A DNA stretch of 64,000 nucleotides from Thainema sp. (lineage in GTDB: Bacteria; Cyanobacteriota; Cyanobacteriia; Phormidesmidales; Phormidesmidaceae). Positions 9,001-18,288 of the stretch are shown here, piece after piece (the stretch's first letter is position 1; each line of letters opens with the position of its first letter). The notes beneath the pieces were generated by a model. The model worked only from the letters and a program-made list of their open reading frames with translations, ran no database searches and had not been told where the DNA came from. The stretch lies in contig JBQLZK010000010.1 of assembly GCA_052168235.1 (NCBI GenBank), positions 32,001 through 96,000 on the forward strand. Reading direction: 5' to 3'. Made by a program: the position numbers and the translations under genes.

Positions 9001-11835
9001 CTAGCCCACAAACTCTACTGCACTGCTGTTTAAGTCCACACTAGCGTTGTTCTCAAAAACAGCCACTAAATCGAGCTTCGTGAACCATCCAAACCCTGAC
9101 TTGTTGTACAAGTAAGTATTGCCCTGAGAACTTATAGTTCGATATTCCTCGGCACTCCCATGCAATTGCAAAGTATCTTCTTGGGCATTGAAATCTTTGA
9201 CGATCGCATAATCCCAACCTAAGAACCCTTTGTAATAAGTTCCATGGGCATTCCCTAGAACAAACTTGTCTGAACCTTCACCACCAATCAACACATCTCT
9301 CTCAAGCAAGCCTCTGGTAAAACCGCTCACCCCATCCAGATAGTCATTGCCAGTACCGCCATTTAGATGGTCAGAACCGCCACTACCCAATAGCGTATCG
9401 TCACCCTCATTACCCAATAAGATGTCACGGCCAAGTTCACCATTCAGGTAATCATTCCCGGCTCCTCCAGTTAAATGATTGCTGAAGGGAGTTGCGTTCA
9501 GAACACTCACCTCAAAGGCAGTATCAATCGATGCGCCATCCGTATCTGTAGCCCGAATAGTTAACGCTGAAGCGCCTTGACTGCCGTGGGCATAGTCCAA
9601 CGTCAAGGTACCCGCAACGTTATCGATCGCCACACTGGTAAACATACTGCTGTTGGTATTTTCAACCACTTCAAACGTTAAGTCAGTGCTGGCATCTTCA
9701 ATATCACTAAAGACACTCAAGAGATCAATGACAGTATTGGGAGCATTGTCAGTCACAGTAAAGCCTGCAATGCCAGTAGTTGTAGGAGCATCATTCACGG
9801 CATTCACCAGGACAGACACCGTTGCTGTACTGGTTTCGCTACCGTCACTAATGACATACTCAAAACTCGCTTCCCCACTGAAATTAGCATCAGGGGTAAA
9901 CACCACGTTCCCATCAATGTCCAGGCTGACGGTACCGTTGCTGGCATTGCCTACTTCAACAATCTCCAGGGTTTCCAGACCCTCTGGATCAATATCATTG
10001 CTGAGCAAATCAATTGCACTGAGCGTGATTACCATATCCTCATCGGTCACAAACCCATCGTTCACAGCCGTCGGTGGAGTATTGGGAACTTCGCCAACAT
10101 ACTGAAAGTAAGTACCATTCAGGTCAAGGTCAGCCGCAATGGTTTGTGTCAGAACAGCAATGCGTTCGCCATTTTTCAGGAGATGGGTATCAGCATCCAC
10201 CTGAACCAAGCTGTATTCAGCCGACGTACCATTCAGTTGAATCTGATCCTGGAAGGATTTGAAATCTTCAAGGATGGCATAGTCTGCATCGCCTGCAGCC
10301 ACATAATAAGCTTGGTTCTCATCACCTAAGACGAAAATATCACTGGTAGAACCGCCATTCAGCGTATCAATTTCACCAGCCCCAGCAACAATACTGTCAG
10401 TGCCGTTCAGCACATCACCGCCACCAAAACCAAGCAGGGTATCATTACCTGCTCCCCCAATCATGGTATCAGCGCCGCCGCCGCCATCGATGAAATCATC
10501 TCCTGCGCCACCAGTCAGAATATCGTCACCGTTGCCTCCACTAATGAAGTCTTTAGCTGCGTCTCCATTAATGATGTCGTTCCCGTCTTCACCCAGGAGA
10601 GTATCGATACCGTCTCCCCCAGAGATCGTGTCGTTACCGCCACCACCACTGATGTTGTCAAATCCATCGGTACCGTTGAGTTCCTCATCAGCAGCAGTGC
10701 CTACCAAATTAACGCCAGAGCCAAGGTAGGAAAAGTAACTGGCCGTGAGGTCAAGGTCAGCCGCTATGGTGTTGCTTAGAATCGCGACTAATTCGCTGCC
10801 CCTTAGCAAGTGAGTGTTTGCGCCTACCTGCACCAAACTATAGTCACTGGGCAAACCATTGAGCTGGATAGAATCCTGGAAGGATTTGAAATCTTCAATC
10901 AGGGCATAGTCATTCTCGCCTGCAGCAACGTAATAGGCCTGGTTCTCATCCCCAAGGATAAAGAGATCACTGCTGGAACCGCTGTTAAGGGTATCAATCT
11001 CTCCGGCCCCAGCAGCATTGCTGTCAGAACCATTCAAGACATCACTGCCGCCAAAAGCCAGAACAGTATCATTACCCTCGCCACCAATCAGGGTGTCATT
11101 ACCACCACCACCATCAAGCAGGTCATCACCAGCACCGCCCTTCAGGCTGTCATTACCATTTCCGCCATTAACCAGGTCGTTGTCATCACCACCATCAATA
11201 TTGTCATCGCCGTCTTCACCCAGCAGGGTATCAACCCCTGCGCCTCCGGTGATGGTATCGTTACCGCCACCGCCGGCAATATTGTCAAATCCATCGGTAC
11301 CCGTCAACTCCTCGGCGGCGGCTGTCCCAACTAAGCTGACACCAGAGCCGAGATAAGTGAAGTAACTGGCATTCAGATCAAGATCGGTGGCAGTCACTCC
11401 CACCAAAACAGCTACCAAATCTCCAGCATTAAGGAGATGGGTATCCGCTCCTTCCTGGGTCAAGCTGTAGTCACTGGGAAGTCCATGCAACTGAATGGTG
11501 TCCTGAAAGAACTTAAAATCGTCAATCAGAACATAATCCGCAGCTCCCGCTGCAATATAGTAGGCTTGGGCTTTGTCGCCCAGAATAAAGGTGTCGCTAC
11601 TTGAACCACCTTTGAGAAGGTCAATCTCCCCGGCCCCAGCAGCGGTGGCATCCGTGCCATTAAGGACATCCCCTCCGCCAAAACCTTGCAGCTCATCATT
11701 ACCGGAACCTCCGATTAGTGTATCGGCTCCGGATCCTCCATCCAGGTAGTCATCGCCTGCACCTCCATTAATGAGGTCATTGCCAGTAGTCCCGACCAGA
11801 TTGTCGTTACCGCCAGTTCCATTAATCTCACTCAT
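9001..11835 (-). CDS. RTX calcium-binding repeat protein with cadherin-like domains (probable type I secretion substrate)
   Basis: 944 aa. Many GGxGxDxLx nonapeptides, PTAVND...FTPDANFSGEASFEYVISDG cadherin-like repeat, C-terminal RTX block, no signal peptide. Confidence 0.9.
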   Translation of the reverse strand: MSEINGTGGNDNLVGTTGNDLINGGAGDDYLDGGSGADTLIGGSGNDELQGFGGGDVLNGTDATAAGAGEIDLLKGGSSSDTFILGDKAQAYYIAAGAADYVLIDDFKFFQDTIQLHGLPSDYSLTQEGADTHLLNAGDLVAVLVGVTATDLDLNASYFTYLGSGVSLVGTAAAEELTGTDGFDNIAGGGGNDTITGGAGVDTLLGEDGDDNIDGGDDNDLVNGGNGNDSLKGGAGDDLLDGGGGNDTLIGGEGNDTVLAFGGSDVLNGSDSNAAGAGEIDTLNSGSSSDLFILGDENQAYYVAAGENDYALIEDFKSFQDSIQLNGLPSDYSLVQVGANTHLLRGSELVAILSNTIAADLDLTASYFSYLGSGVNLVGTAADEELNGTDGFDNISGGGGNDTISGGDGIDTLLGEDGNDIINGDAAKDFISGGNGDDILTGGAGDDFIDGGGGADTMIGGAGNDTLLGFGGGDVLNGTDSIVAGAGEIDTLNGGSTSDIFVLGDENQAYYVAAGDADYAILEDFKSFQDQIQLNGTSAEYSLVQVDADTHLLKNGERIAVLTQTIAADLDLNGTYFQYVGEVPNTPPTAVNDGFVTDEDMVITLSAIDLLSNDIDPEGLETLEIVEVGNASNGTVSLDIDGNVVFTPDANFSGEASFEYVISDGSETSTATVSVLVNAVNDAPTTTGIAGFTVTDNAPNTVIDLLSVFSDIEDASTDLTFEVVENTNSSMFTSVAIDNVAGTLTLDYAHGSQGASALTIRATDTDGASIDTAFEVSVLNATPFSNHLTGGAGNDYLNGELGRDILLGNEGDDTLLGSGGSDHLNGGTGNDYLDGVSGFTRGLLERDVLIGGEGSDKFVLGNAHGTYYKGFLGWDYAIVKDFNAQEDTLQLHGSAEEYRTISSQGNTYLYNKSGFGWFTKLDLVAVFENNASVDLNSSAVEFVG

Positions 11836-12489
11836 CTCAAAAGCTCCAATCTGTAAGGTTTACTGGTTCATCGGTCGTCGAGCTAAAGGCAGGCACGGCA
11901 AATTACCTAAGTAAATACACTTAGATTTTGAGCGGGTCAATGTTTTAGTTGTGATCGCGGATCAAAGTACAGGATCCTGACACAAGTTAGTACTAAAATG
12001 ACATTAGTTAAATTGCAATAGTCTCAACTAAGTAAGATTAAGTATCTGCCTTTAGGGACACCTAAAAATTAAGCTTTCAAAAATAGCATTCATAAGGTTT
12101 TCGCGATAGAGAGATCGCTTTTCTCCGCTAGCCATTGCACTGGCAGCAGAGGCTTCAGGTACTGTATCCTGAGCTGATGTCAAATTAGCAACACTGACAT
12201 CCTAGTCCAGCATCTCTGTATAAACAACTACTTAGCTTGAAGGTTTGGTGAAGCTTCCATGTATTTATCTTTAAAGACTATAAGTTCTGGGCCAAATATT
12301 CCTTAGCGATAGAAAGGGATGTCAGGTCTGTGGATGGTTCTCGTCTGACGGCGTGAACCATGGTTGTGCAGGATTTCCGGTTGACTTACGCAGCATACCG
12401 ATATGCTGCATCTTGAATGCTGCAAAGCTGCAGACTTCAGTCAACAATTTTACGTAGCGCTTGCAGGATGTATTAAACCTTATCGAAAT

Positions 12490-13059
12490 AGGGCAAACGC
12501 ATACTCAAGCAGCCGAGAGAAGATGTGCTAGGAATCATTGTCCCAGCCCGCTTTGAGACGTTTGCCCTTAATGCCAACTTTAGCCGACGTATCCTGGCGC
12601 AGCAGGTTGAGGGCAATATGGCGGATCAAGGCCATATTTTCAGGAGTATAGTCTTTGCGAATGCGAGAGTCATCTTCATTGAAAGCCACATCCAGCACCC
12701 AGTGGAGCTGATTTTCAATCCCCCAATGACTGCGAACCGACTGGGCAAAGCGTTCAACATCGCCATCAAGGCTGACCAGATAGTACCGCTGCTCAAGGGT
12801 GGGGGCTTGCCCTGGCACCTGTCGTTCGGCTTCTACCAAGCCAACCCGCTTGAGTCCACTCCAGAGGTGGGCATCTATCAGGTGTTCCACCTCCCCAAGT
12901 AGCCAATGTCGGCGGATCTCAATGCGTCCATGTCCACCCTCTAGAGTCTGATGAAACTCATGGGCAACATCCTTGAACTCCATCTAATGCACCCACTCAA
13001 ATAGTTGCTGCACATCCTGGTGCAGATTGCCCTGATTGCCCTTGAGACTCAGAACATAT
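12490..13059 (-). pseudogene. ISAs1-family transposase, 3' fragment with in-frame stop and terminal frameshift
   Basis: Minus strand reads YVLSLKGNQGNLHQDVQQLFEWVH*MEFK...GHGRIE...RSHWGIENQLHWVLDVAFNEDDSRIRKD...KAGWDND, with the stop at 12984-12986. ISAs1-like right end ATGCGTTTGCCCT at about 12490-12502. Confidence 0.9.
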
Positions 13060-13195
13060 CCCTCTTTTATCACTCTGGCTGGAGGAAAGCCGAACCCTGC
13101 ATTCGCTCGTCCTGCATGGCTGATGAATCCATCATGTCAGCGACGGAATTTGGACCCCTCAGATTACCACCTCTGCTTAGAGTGATAAAAGAGGG
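13060..13195. mobile_element. 136-bp element with perfect 17-bp terminal inverted repeats (MITE-like)
   Basis: CCCTCTTTTATCACTCT (13060-13076) is the exact reverse complement of AGAGTGATAAAAGAGGG (13179-13195). ISAs1 similarity stops at the left repeat. Confidence 0.6.
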
Positions 13196-13295
13196 GTAGA
13201 GTACTTGCCGATATCGGATTTCCTGCTCGGTCAGCACAGACTGATCTCAGCTTTTGGTAGAATCTCGGCAAGGGTAAACCGATGATGCTCGGATA

Positions 13296-13488
13296 GGCGT
13301 TGCATAATGAAGGTATGAATTGAGGATGTTTAAGGATGCAGTGTCCAAAGTGCGGAGCGACTCATAACCGTAAGAACGGGAAAAAGAGAGGTAAACAGAA
13401 TCACATCTGTGTCACCTGTGGCCGGCAGTTTATCGACTCGTACGAGGTGCTTCGACACTTTGATTTTGACAAATCAGGCGCTGCTTGA
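13296..13488 (+). pseudogene. IS1-family remnant: left end plus truncated InsA zinc-ribbon ORF (13336-13488)
   Basis: 50-aa ORF MQCPKCGATHNRKNGKKRGKQNHICVTCGRQFID (InsA CPxC...KNG...QxxxCxxCGRQF). Preceded by GGCGTTGCATAATGAAGGTATGAA, which resembles cyanobacterial IS1 ends. Confidence 0.85.
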
Positions 13489-13519
13489 AGCCTTTTTTGC
13501 TCTCTTATGTCAGTGCCAT

Positions 13520-14992
13520 TCATCTAACCGTTGCTTCTGAGCGATTTGATTCGTTAGCAGAGTTGGCATTTGTCGTTGTGCTGTTGCTGTCATCAGTCAA
13601 GGTTTTATCCGTACTATCTGCTGTGTTTAAATTTGCTGTCGCTTTAGAAGTGTCTGAAGCTAAAGATTTAGTGTTGTTTTGAGCAGCTTGGGCAGCGACA
13701 TCTTCAACTCGCTGCATGAGGGCTGCGGCAATCAGCATGAAACCGCCCCCCAGAACAACAGCCGTTAATCGGTTATTGCCAAGTACATTCTCCATGAACC
13801 AGCCTAGTCCTAGCGACGCTAAAACCTCTGGCAGGACAATGAAGAAGTTGAAAATGCCCATGTAAATGCCGCTTTTCTTGGGGGGCAGCGAACCGACCAG
13901 AATGGCGTAGGGCATCGACAGCAAGCTAGCCCAGGCAATGCCTAGTCCCACCATCGGCAAAAGGACGAGGTACTGGTTATGAATGAACTGTAGCGAAATT
14001 AGGCCGATGCCGCCGCAGATGAGGCACAGCGTATGGGCAATCTTGCGGCTAGTGGCTCTGGCGAGTTTGGGTAAAACAAACGAAAACAAGAAGCAGACGG
14101 CATTATACATGGCGATGCACAGCCCAGCCCATTCAATACCGTCGGTATAGAGGGCTGTGCGTTCATCAATTGCGCCGACAATATTGCGGGCCACGGCGGG
14201 CGGGAAATAGAGAAAGACACAGTACATACCGAGCCAGCTAAAACATTGTGCCCAGGCGAGCTGGCGCATGGTCAGTGGCATGTCTCGCAGTGCTACGAAG
14301 GTTTCACGAACAGTGCCAACGATGCCGCTCCGTTCTTCCTTCTGCTGCTCAAAGGCTGCCATATCCTTGGGCGGATATTCATCAGTGGTAAAAACCGTCC
14401 AGGCAACAGTGCCGATAAATGCGATCGCACCTACATAGAACGACCACTTAACCGCCTGCGGAATCGTGTTCGGCTGTCCGGCTCCGGCTGTGATATGAAA
14501 GATATGAGATAAAATCCACGGCAGAGCTGAGGCAATTACCGCACCAATACCGATGAAGAAGCTCTGCATGGCATAACCACGGGTGCGCTGACTGGCAGGC
14601 AGGATATCGCCAACAAAGGCCCGAAAGGGTTCCATGCTGACATTGGCAGAGGTATCCAAAATCCAGAGCAGCCCTGCTGCCACCCAAAGATTTGACGAAT
14701 TGGGCATCAGCACCAGCGCAATAGAGCTGAAAATGGCTCCCACTAAGAAGTAGGGACGCCGTCGGCCCAGTCGTCCCCAGGTGTTGTCGCTCATGTTGCC
14801 AATGATCGGCTGAATGATTAACCCAGTCAGGGGAGCGGCCAGCCAGAGAATCGGAATCTGATGGGCATGGGCACCCAAATGTTCAAAAATCGCGCTGGTG
14901 TTTGCCATCTGTAAGGCCCAGCCAAACTGGATGCCAAACAGGCCAAAGCTCATATTCCACAGTTGCCAAAAATTTAGGCGTTCTTTTTCCAT
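13520..14992 (-). CDS. MFS sugar transporter, sucrose/maltose:H+ symporter-like (SLC45/MalT type)
   Basis: 490 aa with about 12 TM segments. Motifs WNMSFGLFGIQFGWALQ, QPIIGNMSDNTWGRLGRRRPY, MEPFRAFVGD and GIYMGIFNFFIVLP. Confidence 0.9.
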   Translation of the reverse strand: MEKERLNFWQLWNMSFGLFGIQFGWALQMANTSAIFEHLGAHAHQIPILWLAAPLTGLIIQPIIGNMSDNTWGRLGRRRPYFLVGAIFSSIALVLMPNSSNLWVAAGLLWILDTSANVSMEPFRAFVGDILPASQRTRGYAMQSFFIGIGAVIASALPWILSHIFHITAGAGQPNTIPQAVKWSFYVGAIAFIGTVAWTVFTTDEYPPKDMAAFEQQKEERSGIVGTVRETFVALRDMPLTMRQLAWAQCFSWLGMYCVFLYFPPAVARNIVGAIDERTALYTDGIEWAGLCIAMYNAVCFLFSFVLPKLARATSRKIAHTLCLICGGIGLISLQFIHNQYLVLLPMVGLGIAWASLLSMPYAILVGSLPPKKSGIYMGIFNFFIVLPEVLASLGLGWFMENVLGNNRLTAVVLGGGFMLIAAALMQRVEDVAAQAAQNNTKSLASDTSKATANLNTADSTDKTLTDDSNSTTTNANSANESNRSEATVR

Positions 14993-15164
14993 GAAGTCGT
15001 TATGCGATGCTGCGTTACCGTATCTTCTCCTTTGAGATGCTGATGAAATACTGAAACATCATTAAGCCTAGGGGCGACTATCGCTCACCGAAACGGCGTT
15101 GGATGTCTAGAAGCGTGATGCTGGAAACCTAAAGTGGGCAGTGCCCACCCTACGGAGACTGTAG

Positions 15165-16178
15165 CTAGAGGATGCAAGCTTCCGGTTTTAGATCTCGCTC
15201 CATGAGAGCCAGAACGGCTTCCTCTGGGGTGATCTTGCCGTTGAGCAAGCGGTAAACCTGCCGCGATATGGGCACGGGAATGGTTTCTCGATTGGCGATT
15301 TGGATCAGCACGTTGGTTGTATTCACGCCTTCAGCCGTACTTTGTAGCTCTTCCAAAATCTGGTCCAGCGTTTTACCTTGGGCGAGACCATAGCCAACGC
15401 GATAGTTCCGGCTGAGCGGACTGCTACAGGTGGCCAGCATATCGCCCAGTCCCGATAGACCAAAGAAAGTTTCGGCCTGTCCGCCTAAATGGGTGCCAAT
15501 CCGAATCACTTCCGTCAGCGCCCGCGTAATCAGGGCTGATTTCGCGTTGGTGCCCAGGTTCAGACCATCACAAACACCAACTGCGATCGCAATTACGTTC
15601 TTCAAGGTGCCGCCCAGCTCGGTGCCGATGGGGTCAGTATTGGTATAGACCCGGAAGCAATCGGAGGAAAATACCTGCTGAACGGCTTCGGCAGCGGGTT
15701 CATGTTCACTGGCAACGACGGTAGCGGCAGGCAAACCCTGCTCAATTTCCTTGGATAAGTTAGGGCCAGACAGTACGACGACGGGATGATTCGGAAAAGC
15801 CGCCTGCCAAATTTGGGACGGAGTGCGCGTCGTTTCCGGGTCAAGTCCCTTGGTTGCCGTAGCAAAAATCGTATCGCCATGCAGGGGAGCAGCCTCTAGC
15901 TGTTTGACCATTTCGTTGACCCCTTTCATCGAAATCGCCGATAGCACCAAGTGACTGCCTTCGAGGGCGTCTTCTAGCGACAAATCCCCGCGACGTGACC
16001 AGAGCTTGACCTGATGGCCGTTGTACTCGGCAATTTTAGCCAGCGCTGAACCCCAGGCTCCAGCACCCAAGACGGTGATGATCGCGGTATCGACTTGGGT
16101 AATTTGCTGGATTGCGGCTTGAGCCTCTGCGGCAAGAGAAGCATCAGTCATAGAGCTTTGTTTAACTTGGCTAACCAT
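15165..16178 (-). CDS. gpsA: NAD(P)H-dependent glycerol-3-phosphate dehydrogenase
   Basis: Motifs GAGAWGSALA, TKGL, LSGPNL, GGTLKNVIAIA, GLGDMLATCSSPLSRNY and AEGV. Confidence 0.96.
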   Translation of the reverse strand: MVSQVKQSSMTDASLAAEAQAAIQQITQVDTAIITVLGAGAWGSALAKIAEYNGHQVKLWSRRGDLSLEDALEGSHLVLSAISMKGVNEMVKQLEAAPLHGDTIFATATKGLDPETTRTPSQIWQAAFPNHPVVVLSGPNLSKEIEQGLPAATVVASEHEPAAEAVQQVFSSDCFRVYTNTDPIGTELGGTLKNVIAIAVGVCDGLNLGTNAKSALITRALTEVIRIGTHLGGQAETFFGLSGLGDMLATCSSPLSRNYRVGYGLAQGKTLDQILEELQSTAEGVNTTNVLIQIANRETIPVPISRQVYRLLNGKITPEEAVLALMERDLKPEACIL

Positions 16179-16242
16179 ATGTCTATTTTTCTATTGTGAA
16201 GGTGATGTATTAAAAAAACAAATCGAGATGAATCCGGATGGT

Positions 16243-16309
16243 GTAGGGGCGGGTTTAGTCATAAATCGATCGACTCTGACCCAAACTAGTCAGCGAAACC
16301 CGCCCTTAC
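16243..16309. repeat. 67-bp REP-like element GTAGGGGCGGGTTT...AAACCCGCCCTTAC
   Basis: Terminal inverted repeats; related copies at 18167-18233, 40758-40824 and 49842-49919. Confidence 0.8.
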
Positions 16310-16340
16310 GCGCATGTTCAGGGTAATGAGTTCAGATTGG

Positions 16341-18038
16341 CTAAGGCAAAATCTGGAGTTCGCGCTGCGCCATGTCGGACTGCAGTAGGTAATCGGGCAG
16401 GCAGTTGTCGCGGATATAGATCCAGTACTGCTCAATGTTGCGATCGCAATCGGTCTGACTCCAACCACAGTGCTGCTTCAGGGTTTCTTCAAGAACGGAC
16501 AGCAAGTCTAAACCATAGTTGGCCTGCATAGCCAGCGTCGTGCGTCGCCGCAAAATATCCACGTAGGTATGGGCTAATTCGTGCTGAACCGCGTACACAA
16601 TTTGGGCGCGAATGTCAGGGAAACCCTCAGCGATTGGCTGGAGTAAGTCAGGATGCTGATCGGTCAGCGCTAAGACATCTGGAGCCTTAGAGCCATACAG
16701 CTTAAACAGATGAGCCACGGTAGTAACCGACAGGCGATCTGCGTACTGCTGCGTTACCTGCTCGATCTGCGGATCGTCCGGCCAGATTGCGCCGGGGAAG
16801 GAGCATTGGCGGGTCGGACAGGGCGGCGGGGTGCGGCCCTGCTTGCGATACACTGCGTCAACCAGCTCTTCGCCCACCTGTCGGAAAGTGGTCAGCTTGC
16901 CGCCAATTAGGGAAATCAGGTTAGATACCCCTGCCTGCTCATGATCATGCAGAATGTGCTTGCGGGTAATGCTGCCCGTATCCTGCCCTTCGGTATAGGG
17001 CAAGGGGCGCACACCGGAGTAGGTAAACCGGACATCGCTGCGGGTAAGCTGCGCGACGGGGAAAATCCGGTTGGTTTCGTACAGCAAATAGTCGATTTCG
17101 TCGTTGTTTGCCTTAATACGCTCCAAATCACCCTCAAAGCGGATATCTGTCGTGCCGATCAGATACATGTCCAACCACGGCACGATAAAGAACGGACGAT
17201 TATCGGACTTTGCTTCCACGTAAAATGCCGTATCCGGTGCGCCAGGGAACGGACTAACAACAATGTGACTGCCTTTGGTGCCACCCATCAGCCGCTTGGC
17301 TTCTAGAGAGATTGGCGTGTGATCCTCTTGCCCCAGTTGACAAACCTGATCGACCCAAGGGCCAGCGGTGTTGATGACAACAGCGTTATTTGTCCCTCGC
17401 ACCGTGAATTCCTTACCCGTTAGCTCATCCACACAGGTTAAGTGAGTGATCCGGTTGCGATCGCGGTGCAGCGCTGTCACCGTCACGTAGTTGAGCACGG
17501 TCGCACCCGCCGTTTGTGCCCCCAAAATATTCTCTAAACACAGCCGCTCGGCATATTCTGCTTGCCCATCGTAATACTGCGCGGCTCCTTTTAATCCCTC
17601 ATCGTCAACGGCGCGGAAAAGCTGCTGAAACTTCTTCGCAGTTAGCATTCGATGAGCTGGCACCGTTTTGTCATAGCTCAGCACATCATAGAGCAGCATC
17701 CCAGCCTGAATTTCCCAGTAGCTGCGTGCCCCCCGCCGATAAATCGGAATCGTTAACTGTACGGGATGCACCAGATGCGGCGCATGTTCGAGCAGTAATT
17801 CTCGCTCGCGGAGAGATTCTCGAACTAACCTAAATTCAAAATATTCTAGATATCGCAGCCCGCCGTGAATCAGGCGTGTTGACCAGCTACTCGTTCCGCT
17901 GGCGAAGTCATTTTTTTCTAGCAAAATGGGCTTCAGACCCCGCAGAGCGGCATCTCGCGCTGTTGCCGCTCCATTAATTCCCCCACCGATAATCAATACG
18001 TCGTACCGACTATCCGAAATGGTTTGAAAATCTCGCAT
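16341..18038 (-). CDS. glpD: FAD-dependent glycerol-3-phosphate dehydrogenase
   Basis: Motifs DVLIIGGGINGA, GTSSWSTRLIHGGLRYLE, KGSHIVV, YSGVRPL and GGKLTTFR. ATG at 18038 preferred over the TTG at 18062. Confidence 0.96.
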   Translation of the reverse strand: MRDFQTISDSRYDVLIIGGGINGAATARDAALRGLKPILLEKNDFASGTSSWSTRLIHGGLRYLEYFEFRLVRESLRERELLLEHAPHLVHPVQLTIPIYRRGARSYWEIQAGMLLYDVLSYDKTVPAHRMLTAKKFQQLFRAVDDEGLKGAAQYYDGQAEYAERLCLENILGAQTAGATVLNYVTVTALHRDRNRITHLTCVDELTGKEFTVRGTNNAVVINTAGPWVDQVCQLGQEDHTPISLEAKRLMGGTKGSHIVVSPFPGAPDTAFYVEAKSDNRPFFIVPWLDMYLIGTTDIRFEGDLERIKANNDEIDYLLYETNRIFPVAQLTRSDVRFTYSGVRPLPYTEGQDTGSITRKHILHDHEQAGVSNLISLIGGKLTTFRQVGEELVDAVYRKQGRTPPPCPTRQCSFPGAIWPDDPQIEQVTQQYADRLSVTTVAHLFKLYGSKAPDVLALTDQHPDLLQPIAEGFPDIRAQIVYAVQHELAHTYVDILRRRTTLAMQANYGLDLLSVLEETLKQHCGWSQTDCDRNIEQYWIYIRDNCLPDYLLQSDMAQRELQILP

Positions 18039-18166
18039 GTTAACTGTTGTTGAATGTAACAAGCAGGCCGTTAACTCTATTGCAGCCGATTTCGTTTCAC
18101 AAAAAATCCAATCTTAGAAAGATTTTGGATTCAATTCTGGCAATCCTAATCGAAATGAACTCTAGT

Positions 18167-18233
18167 GATGGGGCAGGTTTTACTGCTCAGCCTCGGTTCA
18201 ACGGCAAAATTCGTTGACTAAACCTGCCCCTAC
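18167..18233. repeat. 67-bp REP-like element (second copy)
   Basis: GATGGGGCAGGTTT...AAACCTGCCCCTAC. Confidence 0.75.
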
Positions 18234-18245
18234 AGCCGACTGGTG

Positions 18246-18274
18246 AAAAAGGGCGATGTGCGATCGCCCTTTTC
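18246..18274 (-). terminator. Hairpin terminator after ggpS
   Basis: AAAAGGGCGAT-gtgcg-ATCGCCCTTTT, with A/T tracts on both sides. Confidence 0.65.
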
Positions 18275-18288
18275 TGTTCTATGGAACG

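Noticed and set aside
9653..11356. Several + strand ORFs rich in Ser/Pro
   Set aside because: Antisense shadows of the Gly/Asp-rich RTX repeats.
12525..12902. 125-aa + strand ORF
   Set aside because: Antisense to the ISAs1 transposase fragment, which has the recognisable motifs.
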